Positions 1 through 9,502 are shown, counted from the first letter of the stretch. The stretch is 64,000 bases of DNA from Candidatus Marinacidobacterales bacterium (GCA_965219415.1 CBDCNP010000002.1:192001-256000); one strand, 5' to 3'. Notes: generated from the letters alone by a model not told the origin. Numbers and translations are program-made.

Positions 1-554
1 AAGGGATCTCTCGTAATGATAGGGTCGCTTTGGAGAAGGCTGTCGCCGCGCTCGAGTCGGTATCGCAATTGGAGAACGAGAATGGCCCCGCTTCGCTGGC
101 ATTGGGACAGGCCTATCTAGCGCTCGGTGACGAAGACCGTGCGTTCGACGAGCTCCAGCGGGCGGCGGAAGCAACCCCTATCCAAGCGGAGGCGCACCGA
201 GAGTTAGGAGACCTTTACCTAGGTCGCGAGAACTTTGCCGAGGCGGCGACCGCGTATCACGTGTACCTAAAGCTTGGCGAGCAGAGCCCAAGGGTGTTGG
301 AGCGGCTGGGAGATGCCTACATCGGGATGAACAACCAGTCTTCAGCGGCGGAGACCTACCTGCAGTCGGCAGCCTATAGCCTGAACCGCGTCGGGCCTTT
401 GGCCAAGGCGGCTCGCGCTTATTTGGCTGCCGGAGAGCCCCGTCTGGCCGTTCAGGTTTGCGAGCAAGGACTGGCCGCCGACGCAGAGAACGAAACGCTG
501 CGCAATTTGTTGGCTAGAGCGAGTAACGCGGTGCCTGCCGTCGCGAATCCCTAG
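1..554 (+). CDS. TPR-repeat protein, 5'-truncated by the window edge
   Basis: Frame is open from position 3. Repeated TPR-like helices (ALGQAYLALG, LGDLYL, LGDAYIGM). Confidence 0.75.
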   Translation, partial: GISRNDRVALEKAVAALESVSQLENENGPASLALGQAYLALGDEDRAFDELQRAAEATPIQAEAHRELGDLYLGRENFAEAATAYHVYLKLGEQSPRVLERLGDAYIGMNNQSSAAETYLQSAAYSLNRVGPLAKAARAYLAAGEPRLAVQVCEQGLAADAENETLRNLLARASNAVPAVANP

Positions 555-631
555 TTTCTAACCACCGGTAATGTAGGTGGCAGTGGCGGACGGTCCGGTA
601 AGAATCAACCCGAGAGATGGAGAGATAAACC

Positions 632-940
632 ATGAACCGAATGCTTAGGACGAGCCTTCTTGTCTTGCTGGGCACGACGGTCACCTCTTTTTCGATTCCC
701 TACGTTTTGGACAGCGGGCACGCTCGAACCGCCACCGCGCTAAAAGTTGTCCGGGTGGCTTGCACCGACAACGTCTGCGGTGGCTGCGACGGCCGGTGCC
801 ATGACCGCGAGGGTGTGCAATACGATCACCTGACGGTGCGCAAGAACGGCCACTGTTCCTGCGCTCCGAAGAAAGGTGGCGAGCTCGACCGCGTCACGCG
901 TGAAGCCTACAGCCGCTGGGTTGGCTCGAACACCCGCTAA
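632..940 (+). CDS. Small, probably secreted Cys-rich protein
   Basis: GGAG RBS, hydrophobic N-terminus, six Cys (CTDNVCGGCDGRCH...HCSC). Confidence 0.6.
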   Translation: MNRMLRTSLLVLLGTTVTSFSIPYVLDSGHARTATALKVVRVACTDNVCGGCDGRCHDREGVQYDHLTVRKNGHCSCAPKKGGELDRVTREAYSRWVGSNTR

Positions 941-960
941 AGGGGGGCGAGGATCTCTTC

Positions 961-1617
961 TTGTCCCGGGACCGACTCGTCGTCTTCGCTCGTGCCCCAA
1001 TTTTGGGCGCCGTCAAGACGAGACTGGTCCCACCTCTGTCCAATGAACAAGCACTCGCCTTGCACCGAGCTTTGGTCGAGGACACCTTAGAGAGACTCAC
1101 GCGAGTCGGGGGGAACGCACTCGAACACTGGCTCTATCTGAGCGAGCCCTTGGCCAGCCAAGACGCATTAGAAATCCCATCCGACTGGACCATGGCGCTT
1201 CAAAGCGGCGACGACCTCGGCGGTCGAATGGAAAACGCCTTTCGCGACGCACTCCACGAGGAGCCAGGGAAAATGATCCTCTTGGGAAGCGACAGTCCAA
1301 CTGTACCGCTGGAGTACGTGGGGCAAGCGTTCAAGGAGATGGTCGACCGAGAAGTCGTCCTAGGTCCGGCCGAAGATGGAGGCTACTATCTTATCGGGTG
1401 CTCCACCTTGGTGCCTGAGCTATTCCAAAGCATCGATTGGGGCACCGACCGTGTGTTGTCTCAGTCGAAGGACGCCCTGGCGAACGCCAACCGTGAGTTC
1501 GCGCTTCTCCCCGCTTGGTACGACGTAGATTCGGAAAAGGACTTGGCACGACTTCGAACTGAATTGAAGGCCAATGTGCTGCCGCATCTCGCGTCTACGC
1601 TCGCAGAGATACCCTAA
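961..1617 (+). CDS. DUF2064/TIGR04282 CofC-like GT-A fold glycosyltransferase
   Basis: Motifs FARAPxxGxVKTRL, QxGxDLGxRM, GSDSP, GPAEDGGYYLIG, WYDVD. Confidence 0.88.
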   Translation: MSRDRLVVFARAPILGAVKTRLVPPLSNEQALALHRALVEDTLERLTRVGGNALEHWLYLSEPLASQDALEIPSDWTMALQSGDDLGGRMENAFRDALHEEPGKMILLGSDSPTVPLEYVGQAFKEMVDREVVLGPAEDGGYYLIGCSTLVPELFQSIDWGTDRVLSQSKDALANANREFALLPAWYDVDSEKDLARLRTELKANVLPHLASTLAEIP

Positions 1618-1721
1618 AGGGTTGGTTTCTTCGTCTTTTACTCCCTCTCCCTCAGGGCCTTGCGGGCGTCAAAAAATGACGTTGCCAGCCTCAAGGAAGT
1701 CAGACGCCGGGTGAGGGTGGC

Positions 1722-3003
1722 TCACCCGAACGGTTCTTCAATCGACGGGCTCTGTGGTGTGAAGAGCTTCGCCCCATCCTCGGTGATGTACATGCAGTCC
1801 TCGAGGCGAACACCGAACTCGCCGGACAAATAGATGCCCGGCTCGTCGCTGAAACACATGCCGGGTCGAAGCGGCGTTTTGTTTCCGCGGACCAAGCAAG
1901 TAGGTCCACTCGTGGCCGTCCAGCCCGATTCCGTGCCCAACCCTATGGGTAAAGTACTCGTAGTCGGGGCCGAAACCCCCGTCGGTGATGACGCGCCGCG
2001 CGGCTTCGTCGACCGCCTCGCAGGGAGCGCCGGGTTTGGCGGCCGCGAGGGCCGCGTCTTGCGCCTTTCTTTCGAGGTTCCACAGATCTCTTTGGCGATC
2101 GCTCGGCTTGCCGAAGACGAGCGTACGAGTGATGTCCGAGCGATATCCCTCGACACCACAACCGCCGTCGATCATCACGATCTCCCCTTCCTTCAATTTC
2201 TGCGGCTGACTGCTACCGTGTGGGAAGGCCGAGTACTTGCCGAACTGAACGCCCGCACCGCCTTGCACGCCTAAAGCCTGAAAGGCCGCTGCGCAATTGG
2301 CTCCGAACTCAAACTGCGTCATGCCCTCGACGAGGGTCTCGACCGACGCCCGATAAGCGGCAATGGTGATGTCGTTCGCGCGCTGCATCAAGGCGAGCTC
2401 CGCGGGAGACTTCGTCACCCGACAGCCGACGGTCACGACTTCGGCGCCGGCCAATTCGACCCCCGGAGACTCCTTTCGGACCCCATCGAAAAGAAAAAAC
2501 CGCGCCCTCTCCTCGATCCCCATCCTTCCACTCGCGATTCCGCGATCCGTCAGAATCTCCGCAACTCTCCGGTAAGGGCTTTCGTCTTCCTGCCAGGTCC
2601 GGATGTCGTCGCCGAATCGGATCAGCTCGCGTGCGCGCTCCTCTTCGAACGCCGGGCATACAAACGCCGGCTCGCCGCGGGCGGGGAGGACCATCGCAAA
2701 CATTCTCTCGCTGCGGCCCCAGCGAATGCCGGTGAAGTAAAAGAGGCTCGACCCGGACTCGACAAAGATCGCGTCAAGGTGGTTCTCGGTCATGAGGCGC
2801 CGAGCTTTTTCCATCCGAGCGCGGCGCTCCTCCTCAGAAATCGGTGAGATGCCCCCGGTCATGGGCTTCAACTGCCGTATCCACCCCGGAACCTCGGGCG
2901 CTACCCGTTTTCCTTGTTTGGCAAAGCCGAGAGTTGGTGCAAGTAACGTGGCGCCTGCCGCCCCCGCGGCCGACTGAAGAAAACCCCTTCTATCTATGCA
3001 CAA
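1722..3003 (-). CDS. M24 Xaa-Pro peptidase with Tat signal; frameshift near 1900
   Basis: DRRGFL Tat motif, DGG/SDITRT and HRVGHGIGLDGHE. The C-terminus (FSDEPGIY...GVRLEDC) lies in another frame. Confidence 0.85.
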
Positions 3004-3151
3004 TTTTGTTACCTCCCCCAGTGCCCTAGACGCCGCTCATTCTAAGCCGGAATGCCGGGGCCGTCGATAGGAAGTGAGGTCGGCCTTCTTAAGGAGGGAC
3101 TCAGGACCCGGCGGAAGGTGGAAAAAAATCGCTTTTCGGAATTTTACCCCC

Positions 3152-3181
3152 TTGACGAGCACGGGGTGTTTGTCATACCGT
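3152..3181 (+). promoter_or_regulatory. Putative sigma70 promoter upstream of structured RNA 1
   Basis: TTGACG-N18-TACCGT, preceded by A/T tracts. Confidence 0.35.
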
Positions 3182-3190
3182 GTATGAACC

Positions 3191-3340
3191 GCACAGCCAA
3201 TAGGCGATCCTGAGGGCCACGGCTGAGCTTTCGAGTTTCGGCTCTGCTACTGTGTAGCGGGGACGGGGCCGGGAAGGAGCCGTGCGCCGGGTTTCCTTTT
3301 CCAGGTTGGGATTCCGTCCCCGCTGCTCCGCTATTGGTGT
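3191..3340 (+). ncRNA. Candidate structured non-coding RNA (unidentified)
   Basis: Closing stem ACAGCCAATAG/CTATTGGTGT, UUCG-capped hairpin at 3221-3243, and 13-bp stem GTAGCGGGGACGG (3254-3266)/CCGTCCCCGCTGC (3314-3326). G-U wobbles favour the + strand. Confidence 0.45.
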
Positions 3341-3502
3341 ACCTAATCCGCCGCGCACTATGTGCTAGAGATCACGCAATTGCAAGCGCGGTCCTCTGAA
3401 GCAATTACGGGCGCCTGACTGGGTATCGCATCGCAACTCCCTGATTTGGCGCCAATCCCGATGTGCGAGAGCACAAAAAACCGGGGGCGCCACCCTATAG
3501 CG

Positions 3503-3603
3503 CGCCAAAATAAGTGGTTACCAGGCTCAGTTTGGCCAGGCGCTTCTGTCGTCCTCTGCTGGACGCCAAAATAAGTGGTTGCCAAGCTCAGTTTGGCCAG
3601 GCG
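3503..3603. repeat. Two 40-bp direct repeats (38/40 identical) separated by 21 bp
   Basis: CGCCAAAATAAGTGGTT(A/G)CCA(G/A)GCTCAGTTTGGCCAGGCG at 3503-3542 and 3564-3603. Each unit is an imperfect palindrome (GCCAAA...TTTGGC). Confidence 0.92.
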
Positions 3604-3738
3604 TCGGGCGTTTTTCCCCACGGCACTCCGTCGAGTTTTACCCACACTTTCGGGAACGTCATACCCTTGCGCCCGCGGCGCCTTGAGTTAAGTGCCTGTG
3701 TCTAAAGAGGGTACAGAAAGTTGTTCGGCGAGGTCAAA

Positions 3739-3755
3739 CTGGTCCGGAATTTGCC
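3739..3755 (+). promoter_or_regulatory. Putative sigma54 (-24/-12) promoter
   Basis: CTGGTCCGGAATTTGCC versus consensus YTGGCACG-N4-TTGCW, with correct GG-N10-GC spacing. Predicted +1 is ~3766. Confidence 0.55.
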
Positions 3756-3765
3756 CCTAAGGACC

Positions 3766-3861
3766 TTGAGCGGGGAGGGGGCGAGTGTGGAATGGCCCCC
3801 GATAAGACGCACTCTGATCGGGGTTTTGTCCACCCTTTGGTTGGGGCTCCTTCTCCGCTCA
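3766..3861 (+). ncRNA. Candidate sigma54-dependent small RNA (long hairpin)
   Basis: 16-bp basal stem 3767-3782/3846-3861 with G-U pairs, plus inner stems GTGGA/TCCAC and CCCCGAT/ATCGGGG. Begins at the predicted sigma54 start. Confidence 0.5.
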
Positions 3862-3868
3862 CCGATCT

Positions 3869-4534
3869 CTACTCCGTCTTCCCGGGCGGAGGGAGCGTCA
3901 CGACGTCTTCTGGATTTTCCAACCAATAGTCCGGTTCGTGAAGCTCGAGAACCTCCCTTTCGATCGGCCCCCAAAGTGCCGCTCCGGTGGAGACGCCGGC
4001 CGCTCTCCCGGCAGCCAGGTCGTGGGCCGAGTCGCCGATAAAAACAGTCTCCGAGGGCTCTACGCCCAGTTGCTCGATGGCATGAAGGACGGGTGCCGGG
4101 TCGGGCTTGGGGCGCTCGACGTCATCGACTCCCACCAAGACAGGAAACAAGTCACCGAAACCGCCGATTCTTAACCCCCGTTGGGCGCCCGATCTCGCCT
4201 TGCTGGTAACAACAGCTAGCTTCACACCCCGGGAGCTCAACGTCCTAACCGCTTCCAAGGCTCCGGGAAACACCGCCACCATGTCGTCGTGATGCTGGTT
4301 GTTGTATTCGCGGTAGGTCACGAGCATCGCCTCAACGACGTCGGGATCGTCCGAGAACTCGCCGAGTTGCTTGCGGAGGGGCGTCCCCATGCCCGCGAGC
4401 CACAGCTCGTCGGGTGGCACGCTGCCGAGATGCGTTTGAATCGTGTGGCGGTACGACCGAAGGATCAACTCCACCGAATCGATAAGCGTCCCATCAAGGT
4501 CGAAAAGGTAAGCCTTGAACGGTAGGTCAGCCAC
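3869..4534 (-). CDS. HAD-IA hydrolase (PpaX/phosphoglycolate phosphatase-like)
   Basis: FDLDGTL, VTSK, KPDP and IGDS motifs. GTG start overlaps the pheT stop. Confidence 0.88.
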   Translation of the reverse strand: MADLPFKAYLFDLDGTLIDSVELILRSYRHTIQTHLGSVPPDELWLAGMGTPLRKQLGEFSDDPDVVEAMLVTYREYNNQHHDDMVAVFPGALEAVRTLSSRGVKLAVVTSKARSGAQRGLRIGGFGDLFPVLVGVDDVERPKPDPAPVLHAIEQLGVEPSETVFIGDSAHDLAAGRAAGVSTGAALWGPIEREVLELHEPDYWLENPEDVVTLPPPGKTE

Positions 4535-6929
4535 GAAGCTCCGCACTCAAGTCTTTTCGGAGACGCCCCAGGATTCGGTCGCGGGCCTTCGCCACATCCT
4601 TCTCGGTCAAGGTCCGGTCGCGGGCTTGGTACGAAACCGAAAAGGCGAGGGACTTCTTCCCTTCTGCAACCTGTTCTCCCACATACTCGTCGAACAGCTC
4701 GACCGAGGAGACTAGAGGGTGTCCCAGAATGACACCGCGCACGCGCGACGCAGGTACATCCCCACCGACGACCACCGCCAGATCCTCCACCACGGGCGGA
4801 AACCGCGGTATGGGCTGGTAGCGTGGGATCGGCGTGACCAGCGGCAATAAATCGTCCAGCGCAACCTCGTACAAGTAGACGTCCCGCTCCACACCAAAGT
4901 AGGCGGCGGTGGTGGGGTGAACCTGTCCGAGATAGCCGAGCTCCCTTTCTTCTGCGCGTATCCGGCTAGACCGGCCTGGAATCATCCCGTACTCCTCGAC
5001 CGCTTCATATTCAACGGTAACCCCAAGCCGGTCGAACAATCGCTCCACGGTCGCCTTCGCCTCGAAGAACCCGACACCCTCTTCCGTCGCCCGCCCCCAG
5101 CGATCCAAACGCCGACCGGTTACCGCACCGACCAAATGCTCGACCTCGTTCGGCAGTTTTTCCTTAGTGGGAAGGTACACCCGAGAAGTCTCGAAAACAC
5201 CGAAGACCTCGTTTTGCAGGCGCTGATTCGCCGCCACCGTGCTGAGCACGGAGCCCCGGAGGCTGGTCCGTAGTCGTTCTTGTCCCGCGTTGAGTGGATT
5301 CAAGACAGCCAAAGGCTCCTCGAGCGCAAACCGGTCCGGAGGGATGACTCGCTCCAGCGCCTCGCGACTCGTCAAGGGGTAAGTCACGATTTCCTGCATG
5401 CCGGCACTCGCGAGTACGTCGCGCACCTTCTCTCGTAGCTCACGCCTCGGCTGAGGTACGCGAGGAGGTACTCGCCCGGCCAGCGGTTCGATGGGAATCA
5501 ACTCGTAACCGACGATTCGCGCCACCTCCTCGGCCACATCGTCTGGGATACGAACATCTCGCCGCCAGTAGGGTGGCTCCACTTGCCAACCGTCCGGGGG
5601 CTTCGGTGTGACTTCGAATCCGAGCAGTCCGAGCGTGCTCTCGACCTGCTCGTCGGGAACATCTATACCGAGGACTTGAGCTAAACGCTGGCGCCTTACG
5701 TCGATGCGAATCTTCGTCGGTTTGCCAGGGTAAGCATCGACGATTCCCGCCGCGGCCTTACCACCGCCGAGCTCGACCAGCAGTTTGGTCGCGCGCTGAG
5801 AAGCAAGGAGCGCGAGCTGGGTGGGAAGACCCCAAGCGAACCTCCGCGACGCTTCACTCGGAACCTTGAGAGCCAGTGCGGTTCGCCGGATGCTGAGCTG
5901 GTCGAACGTCGCGACCTCCAAAAGGATGGTCTTGGTTTTTTCCGTGACTTCCGTGTCCAAGCCTCCCATTACCCCCGCCACCGCTACCGGCCCCTTGGGA
6001 TCGGTAATGAGCAAGTGCTCGGGTCCGAAAGTGTGAGCCACGCCGTCGAGCGTGGTCAGCTTCTCACCTTTTCGTGCCCGACGAACGATGATGGTGTGCT
6101 CGGCCAGCGTGTCGTAGTCGAAAGCGTGGATCGGTTGACCCGTCTCGAGCATCACGTAGTTCGTGACGTCGACGACGTTGTTGATCGGACGCATGCCCGC
6201 AGCGCTCAATCGTTCTTGCATCCAAGATGGAGAGGGACCGATCTTGACACCCTCGATCACGGTGGCGGTGTAACGCGGGCAAAGGTCGGCGTCCTCGATG
6301 ACCACTTTCGCGAGCTTGTCCACCGGCTCGCCCTCGGCCTGGTAGCCCAGATCGGGCTCCCGCACCGCCTCACCGGTCAAAGCGGCGACGTCCCGCGCCA
6401 CTCCGAGCACCGAGAGGCCGTCCGCCCGGTTGGGCTTCATGTCGATCTCGAACACCGTCTCCCCGTAGTAGTCCGCGAACAGTGTTCCGAGGGGCGCATC
6501 GTCTGACAGGACCAGTATGCCCTCGTGCTCCTCCGACAGGCCCAACTCCCTCTCGGAGCAAACCATGCCGGCCGATTCCACGCCGCGAATCTTCACCGCC
6601 TTCAGCTTCATCGGCTTGCCAGTGTGTCCATCGCTGAGCTGGGCCCCGAGGGTCGCGAAAGCGATCTTCTGGCCCGCCGCCACGTTCGGCGCTCCACACA
6701 CGACGGTGTGCTGCTCGTCTCCAAGCGTCACCGTCGCGAGGCGCAGGCGATCCGCGTTTGGATGCGGGGACACGTCGGTCACTTCCCCGACGAAGACGTT
6801 TTCCCAAGACTCGCCTATCCGTTCGATAGACGTCACCTCGAGCCCGGCCATCGTCAAGCGGTGGGCGAGGTCTTTCGGCGGCAGACGTAGGGTGACGTAG
6901 TCGCTCAGCCACTTCAGAGGTACGCGCAT
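4527..6929 (-). CDS. pheT: Phenylalanine--tRNA ligase beta subunit
   Basis: 800 aa: HPNADRL, CGAPNV, PNRAD, RPINNVVDVTNY and C-terminal FDX-ACB domain. Confidence 0.97.
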   Translation of the reverse strand: MRVPLKWLSDYVTLRLPPKDLAHRLTMAGLEVTSIERIGESWENVFVGEVTDVSPHPNADRLRLATVTLGDEQHTVVCGAPNVAAGQKIAFATLGAQLSDGHTGKPMKLKAVKIRGVESAGMVCSERELGLSEEHEGILVLSDDAPLGTLFADYYGETVFEIDMKPNRADGLSVLGVARDVAALTGEAVREPDLGYQAEGEPVDKLAKVVIEDADLCPRYTATVIEGVKIGPSPSWMQERLSAAGMRPINNVVDVTNYVMLETGQPIHAFDYDTLAEHTIIVRRARKGEKLTTLDGVAHTFGPEHLLITDPKGPVAVAGVMGGLDTEVTEKTKTILLEVATFDQLSIRRTALALKVPSEASRRFAWGLPTQLALLASQRATKLLVELGGGKAAAGIVDAYPGKPTKIRIDVRRQRLAQVLGIDVPDEQVESTLGLLGFEVTPKPPDGWQVEPPYWRRDVRIPDDVAEEVARIVGYELIPIEPLAGRVPPRVPQPRRELREKVRDVLASAGMQEIVTYPLTSREALERVIPPDRFALEEPLAVLNPLNAGQERLRTSLRGSVLSTVAANQRLQNEVFGVFETSRVYLPTKEKLPNEVEHLVGAVTGRRLDRWGRATEEGVGFFEAKATVERLFDRLGVTVEYEAVEEYGMIPGRSSRIRAEERELGYLGQVHPTTAAYFGVERDVYLYEVALDDLLPLVTPIPRYQPIPRFPPVVEDLAVVVGGDVPASRVRGVILGHPLVSSVELFDEYVGEQVAEGKKSLAFSVSYQARDRTLTEKDVAKARDRILGRLRKDLSAELRG

Positions 6930-6934
6930 AGTGA

Positions 6935-7978
6935 CTAAAACTGCCTTAGGAAACGTAGGTCGTTGCTGTAGAAATGACGGATATCATCGACGCCATAGCG
7001 AAGCATCGCGATCCGCTCGGCACCGAGGCCGGCTGCGAAACCGGTATAGACGTCGGCGTCGTAGCCCATTTTCGTCAAGATCTCGGGATGCACCATCCCC
7101 GCACCCAAGATCTCGATCCAGCCCTCGTTCTTACAGATGCGACACCCCTTGCCCTCACACAAGAAGCAATCAATGGCCATATCGACACCGGGCTCGACGA
7201 ACGGGAAGTAATCACATCGGAATCGAATCTTTCGTTCTTGTCCGAAGAGTCGCTTGGCGAACTCGAAAAGAGTCCCTTTCAGATGTGCCAAGGTGATGCC
7301 CTTGTCCACGGCCAACACCTCGATCTGCGTGATCATCCACTCGTGCGTAGGGTCGGTCGCCTCGTTCCGATATGTCTTGCCGGGTACCACGATACGGATC
7401 GGCGGCTGGTTCTGCTCCATGAAACGTACCTGATTCGGGGAGGTGTGGGTGCGAAGAAGGAGTCTCGCATCCGATTCGTCGGCGCGATCGATGTAAAACG
7501 TATCCATTAACTCCCGGGCCGGATGCTCCTTGGGAATCCGTAGCGCCTCGAAGTTGTAGTAGTCGAGCTCCACCTCGGGTCCTTCGACGACCGAAAAACC
7601 CTGAGACTCGAAGGCATCGAGAATGTCCCGCAGCGTCTGCGTGATGGGGTGAAGCCGCCCGTACGGGAGGGGACGGCCGGGGAGGCTAACATCGACCCCT
7701 CCGGTCTCTACGGTTTTCTCGATGCGCGCCATCTGGAGAGCGGTACGTCGCTCGGCCAGCGCCTCATCGAGCTCCTTCTTGAGGCGGTTGGCTGCTTCCC
7801 CGGCACTGCGTCGCTCATCCGCCGGCAACTCGCCCAGCGAGCGCAGGAATGCCGTGAGCGCTGCCTTGCGCCCGAGGTGGGCGATACGCCAGGACTCGAG
7901 CGACGCCTCGTCCGACGCACCGGCCAAATCGCGGCGTGCATCCTCGGCGATTTTTTGTATGTTCTTGCTAGCCGTCAT
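6935..7978 (-). CDS. pheS: Phenylalanine--tRNA ligase alpha subunit
   Basis: HPAR..DTFY, LRTHTSP, YFPFVEPG, GAGMVHP and DLRFLRQF. ATG at 7978 preferred. Confidence 0.97.
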   Translation of the reverse strand: MTASKNIQKIAEDARRDLAGASDEASLESWRIAHLGRKAALTAFLRSLGELPADERRSAGEAANRLKKELDEALAERRTALQMARIEKTVETGGVDVSLPGRPLPYGRLHPITQTLRDILDAFESQGFSVVEGPEVELDYYNFEALRIPKEHPARELMDTFYIDRADESDARLLLRTHTSPNQVRFMEQNQPPIRIVVPGKTYRNEATDPTHEWMITQIEVLAVDKGITLAHLKGTLFEFAKRLFGQERKIRFRCDYFPFVEPGVDMAIDCFLCEGKGCRICKNEGWIEILGAGMVHPEILTKMGYDADVYTGFAAGLGAERIAMLRYGVDDIRHFYSNDLRFLRQF

Positions 7979-8414
7979 AACCGAAAACGAAACACGGCCG
8001 GGATCCCGCCTTTCCGGCCCCGGCCGCTCAGAAAAGTGCACTACAATTATATAGCCGCCTGGCCAGGTTTCGTACTACCACTTACCTAGCTTGGCGGCCA
8101 ACAGGGTCCAGCAGCCAGAACCGTTACACCCTGCATTGTCATCGAGACTACAAGTATGTGCCCATGCTTCCTGAGGGACCACCCCCGGTCCCAAGAAAAA
8201 ACCATTGAACTTTTCTCTTGACAAGATTCTGCAACAAGTTTTACAGACCTCGCTAACACCTTCGTGGTACCACATCTAGCGCGTACGTTGACGCTCTAGT
8301 CAACGTTTACCCGCTTCGAGACAAAAAACTTCGTCGAAGCACGATCGTTCCTCCTCACGTCGCCTGACGGCCGAAAAAGGTGCGTTGTTATATTAGTCTT
8401 GAAGGAGGGACGAC

Positions 8415-9502
8415 ATGTTTAGCAAGTTATTGAAATCGATTTCGGATGATGATCTGCTCCGTCGCTTGTCGGGGCTGGTGCAAGAATCACGACGCGTCGA
8501 GTCGGACCTCGTCGCACACATCGCCGAAGTGGACGAGCGGCGTCTCTACGCACGTGAAGCTTGCTCCTCGATGTTCACGTATTGCACCGAGGTGTTGCAT
8601 CTGTCGGAGGCCGAAGCTTATCTCCGCATTCGAGTCGCGCGCGCCTCGCTAAAACATCCGGAGCTTCTCATGATGCTGGAGGATGGTCGTATTCACCTGA
8701 CCGGTGCCGCCAAGCTTTCGCCATACCTCACCGAAGCGAATCGGGATACCGTTTTGCCGCGCGCGGCGCACAAGTCCAGGGCAAAGATCGAAGAGCTTGT
8801 GGCGGAGGTCGCGCCGAAGCCTGATGTTGCGCCCAAGATACGCAAGCTTCCGGCGCCAGCCCAACTGCGTCCGGACGCAGTTGTGTCGCCGAGGCCCGCC
8901 GGGCCGAGGCCGATGACGCCGCTCGCACCCGCTCGCTACAAGATCCAGTTCACAGCCAGCGCCGAGCTCAAAGACAAGATCGAACGCCTGCGCGCGCTCA
9001 TGCCGAACAGCGATCTAGCTGTCATCATCGACGAGGCCGTGACGGAAAAGCTGGAGAGGTTGGAGTCGAGGCGCTACGGTAAGACGCGGGCGCCCAGACC
9101 GGGATCTCAAAGAACACCGACACATCGCCGTCTTCACGCTACATCCCTGCCCCGGTGAGGCGGGAGGTCAGCGAGCGAGACGGGAACCAATGCACCTTCG
9201 TGGACGGGCAGGGTAAGCGTTGTGGTGAGCGCTCCCAACTCCAGTTTCATCATAGGGACCCCTTTGCCCGCGGCGGAGACCACAGCCCAGAGAACATCCA
9301 GATGATGTGTCCCACGCACAACCAGTATCTGGCGGATTGCGAGTACGGAACCGAAGTGATGGAGCGTCATCGCGGTGGAGCGGACCAGGCGCGCGAGCCT
9401 GCGCCCGCGTACTCATTGACTTTTCAGGCTGTGCAAGGCTATTTTCATCCGCAAAGGGCGGGCCATGTCATTAACTCCCGGCACGAAGCTAGGACCCTAT
9501 GA
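8415..9502 (+). CDS. DUF222-like N-terminus plus C-terminal HNH endonuclease (probably mobile); frameshift at ~9105-9150
   Basis: GGAGG RBS and helical N-terminus (ESDLVAHIAEVDERRLY). The second frame has RDGNQCTF..RC..LQFHH..PFARGG..ENIQMMC..HN. Confidence 0.8.

Noticed and set aside
3040-3060. Resemblance of CTAAGCCGG to the RNase P RNA 3' end (- strand)
   Set aside because: The rest of the motif and the GAGGAAAGTCC core are absent, and the site overlaps the TAGAAT -10 of the M24 gene.
3503-3603. Mini CRISPR array
   Set aside because: Only two units, the 21-bp spacer is shorter than the 40-bp repeat, and there are no cas genes in the window.
3767-3861. Intrinsic terminator for the pheST-HAD operon
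   Set aside because: On the - strand the G-U pairs become A-C mismatches and no U-tract follows. Not fully excluded.
7980-8200. T-box or pheM-type attenuator upstream of pheS
   Set aside because: No T-box consensus or Phe-rich leader peptide was found, and the probable leader is short.
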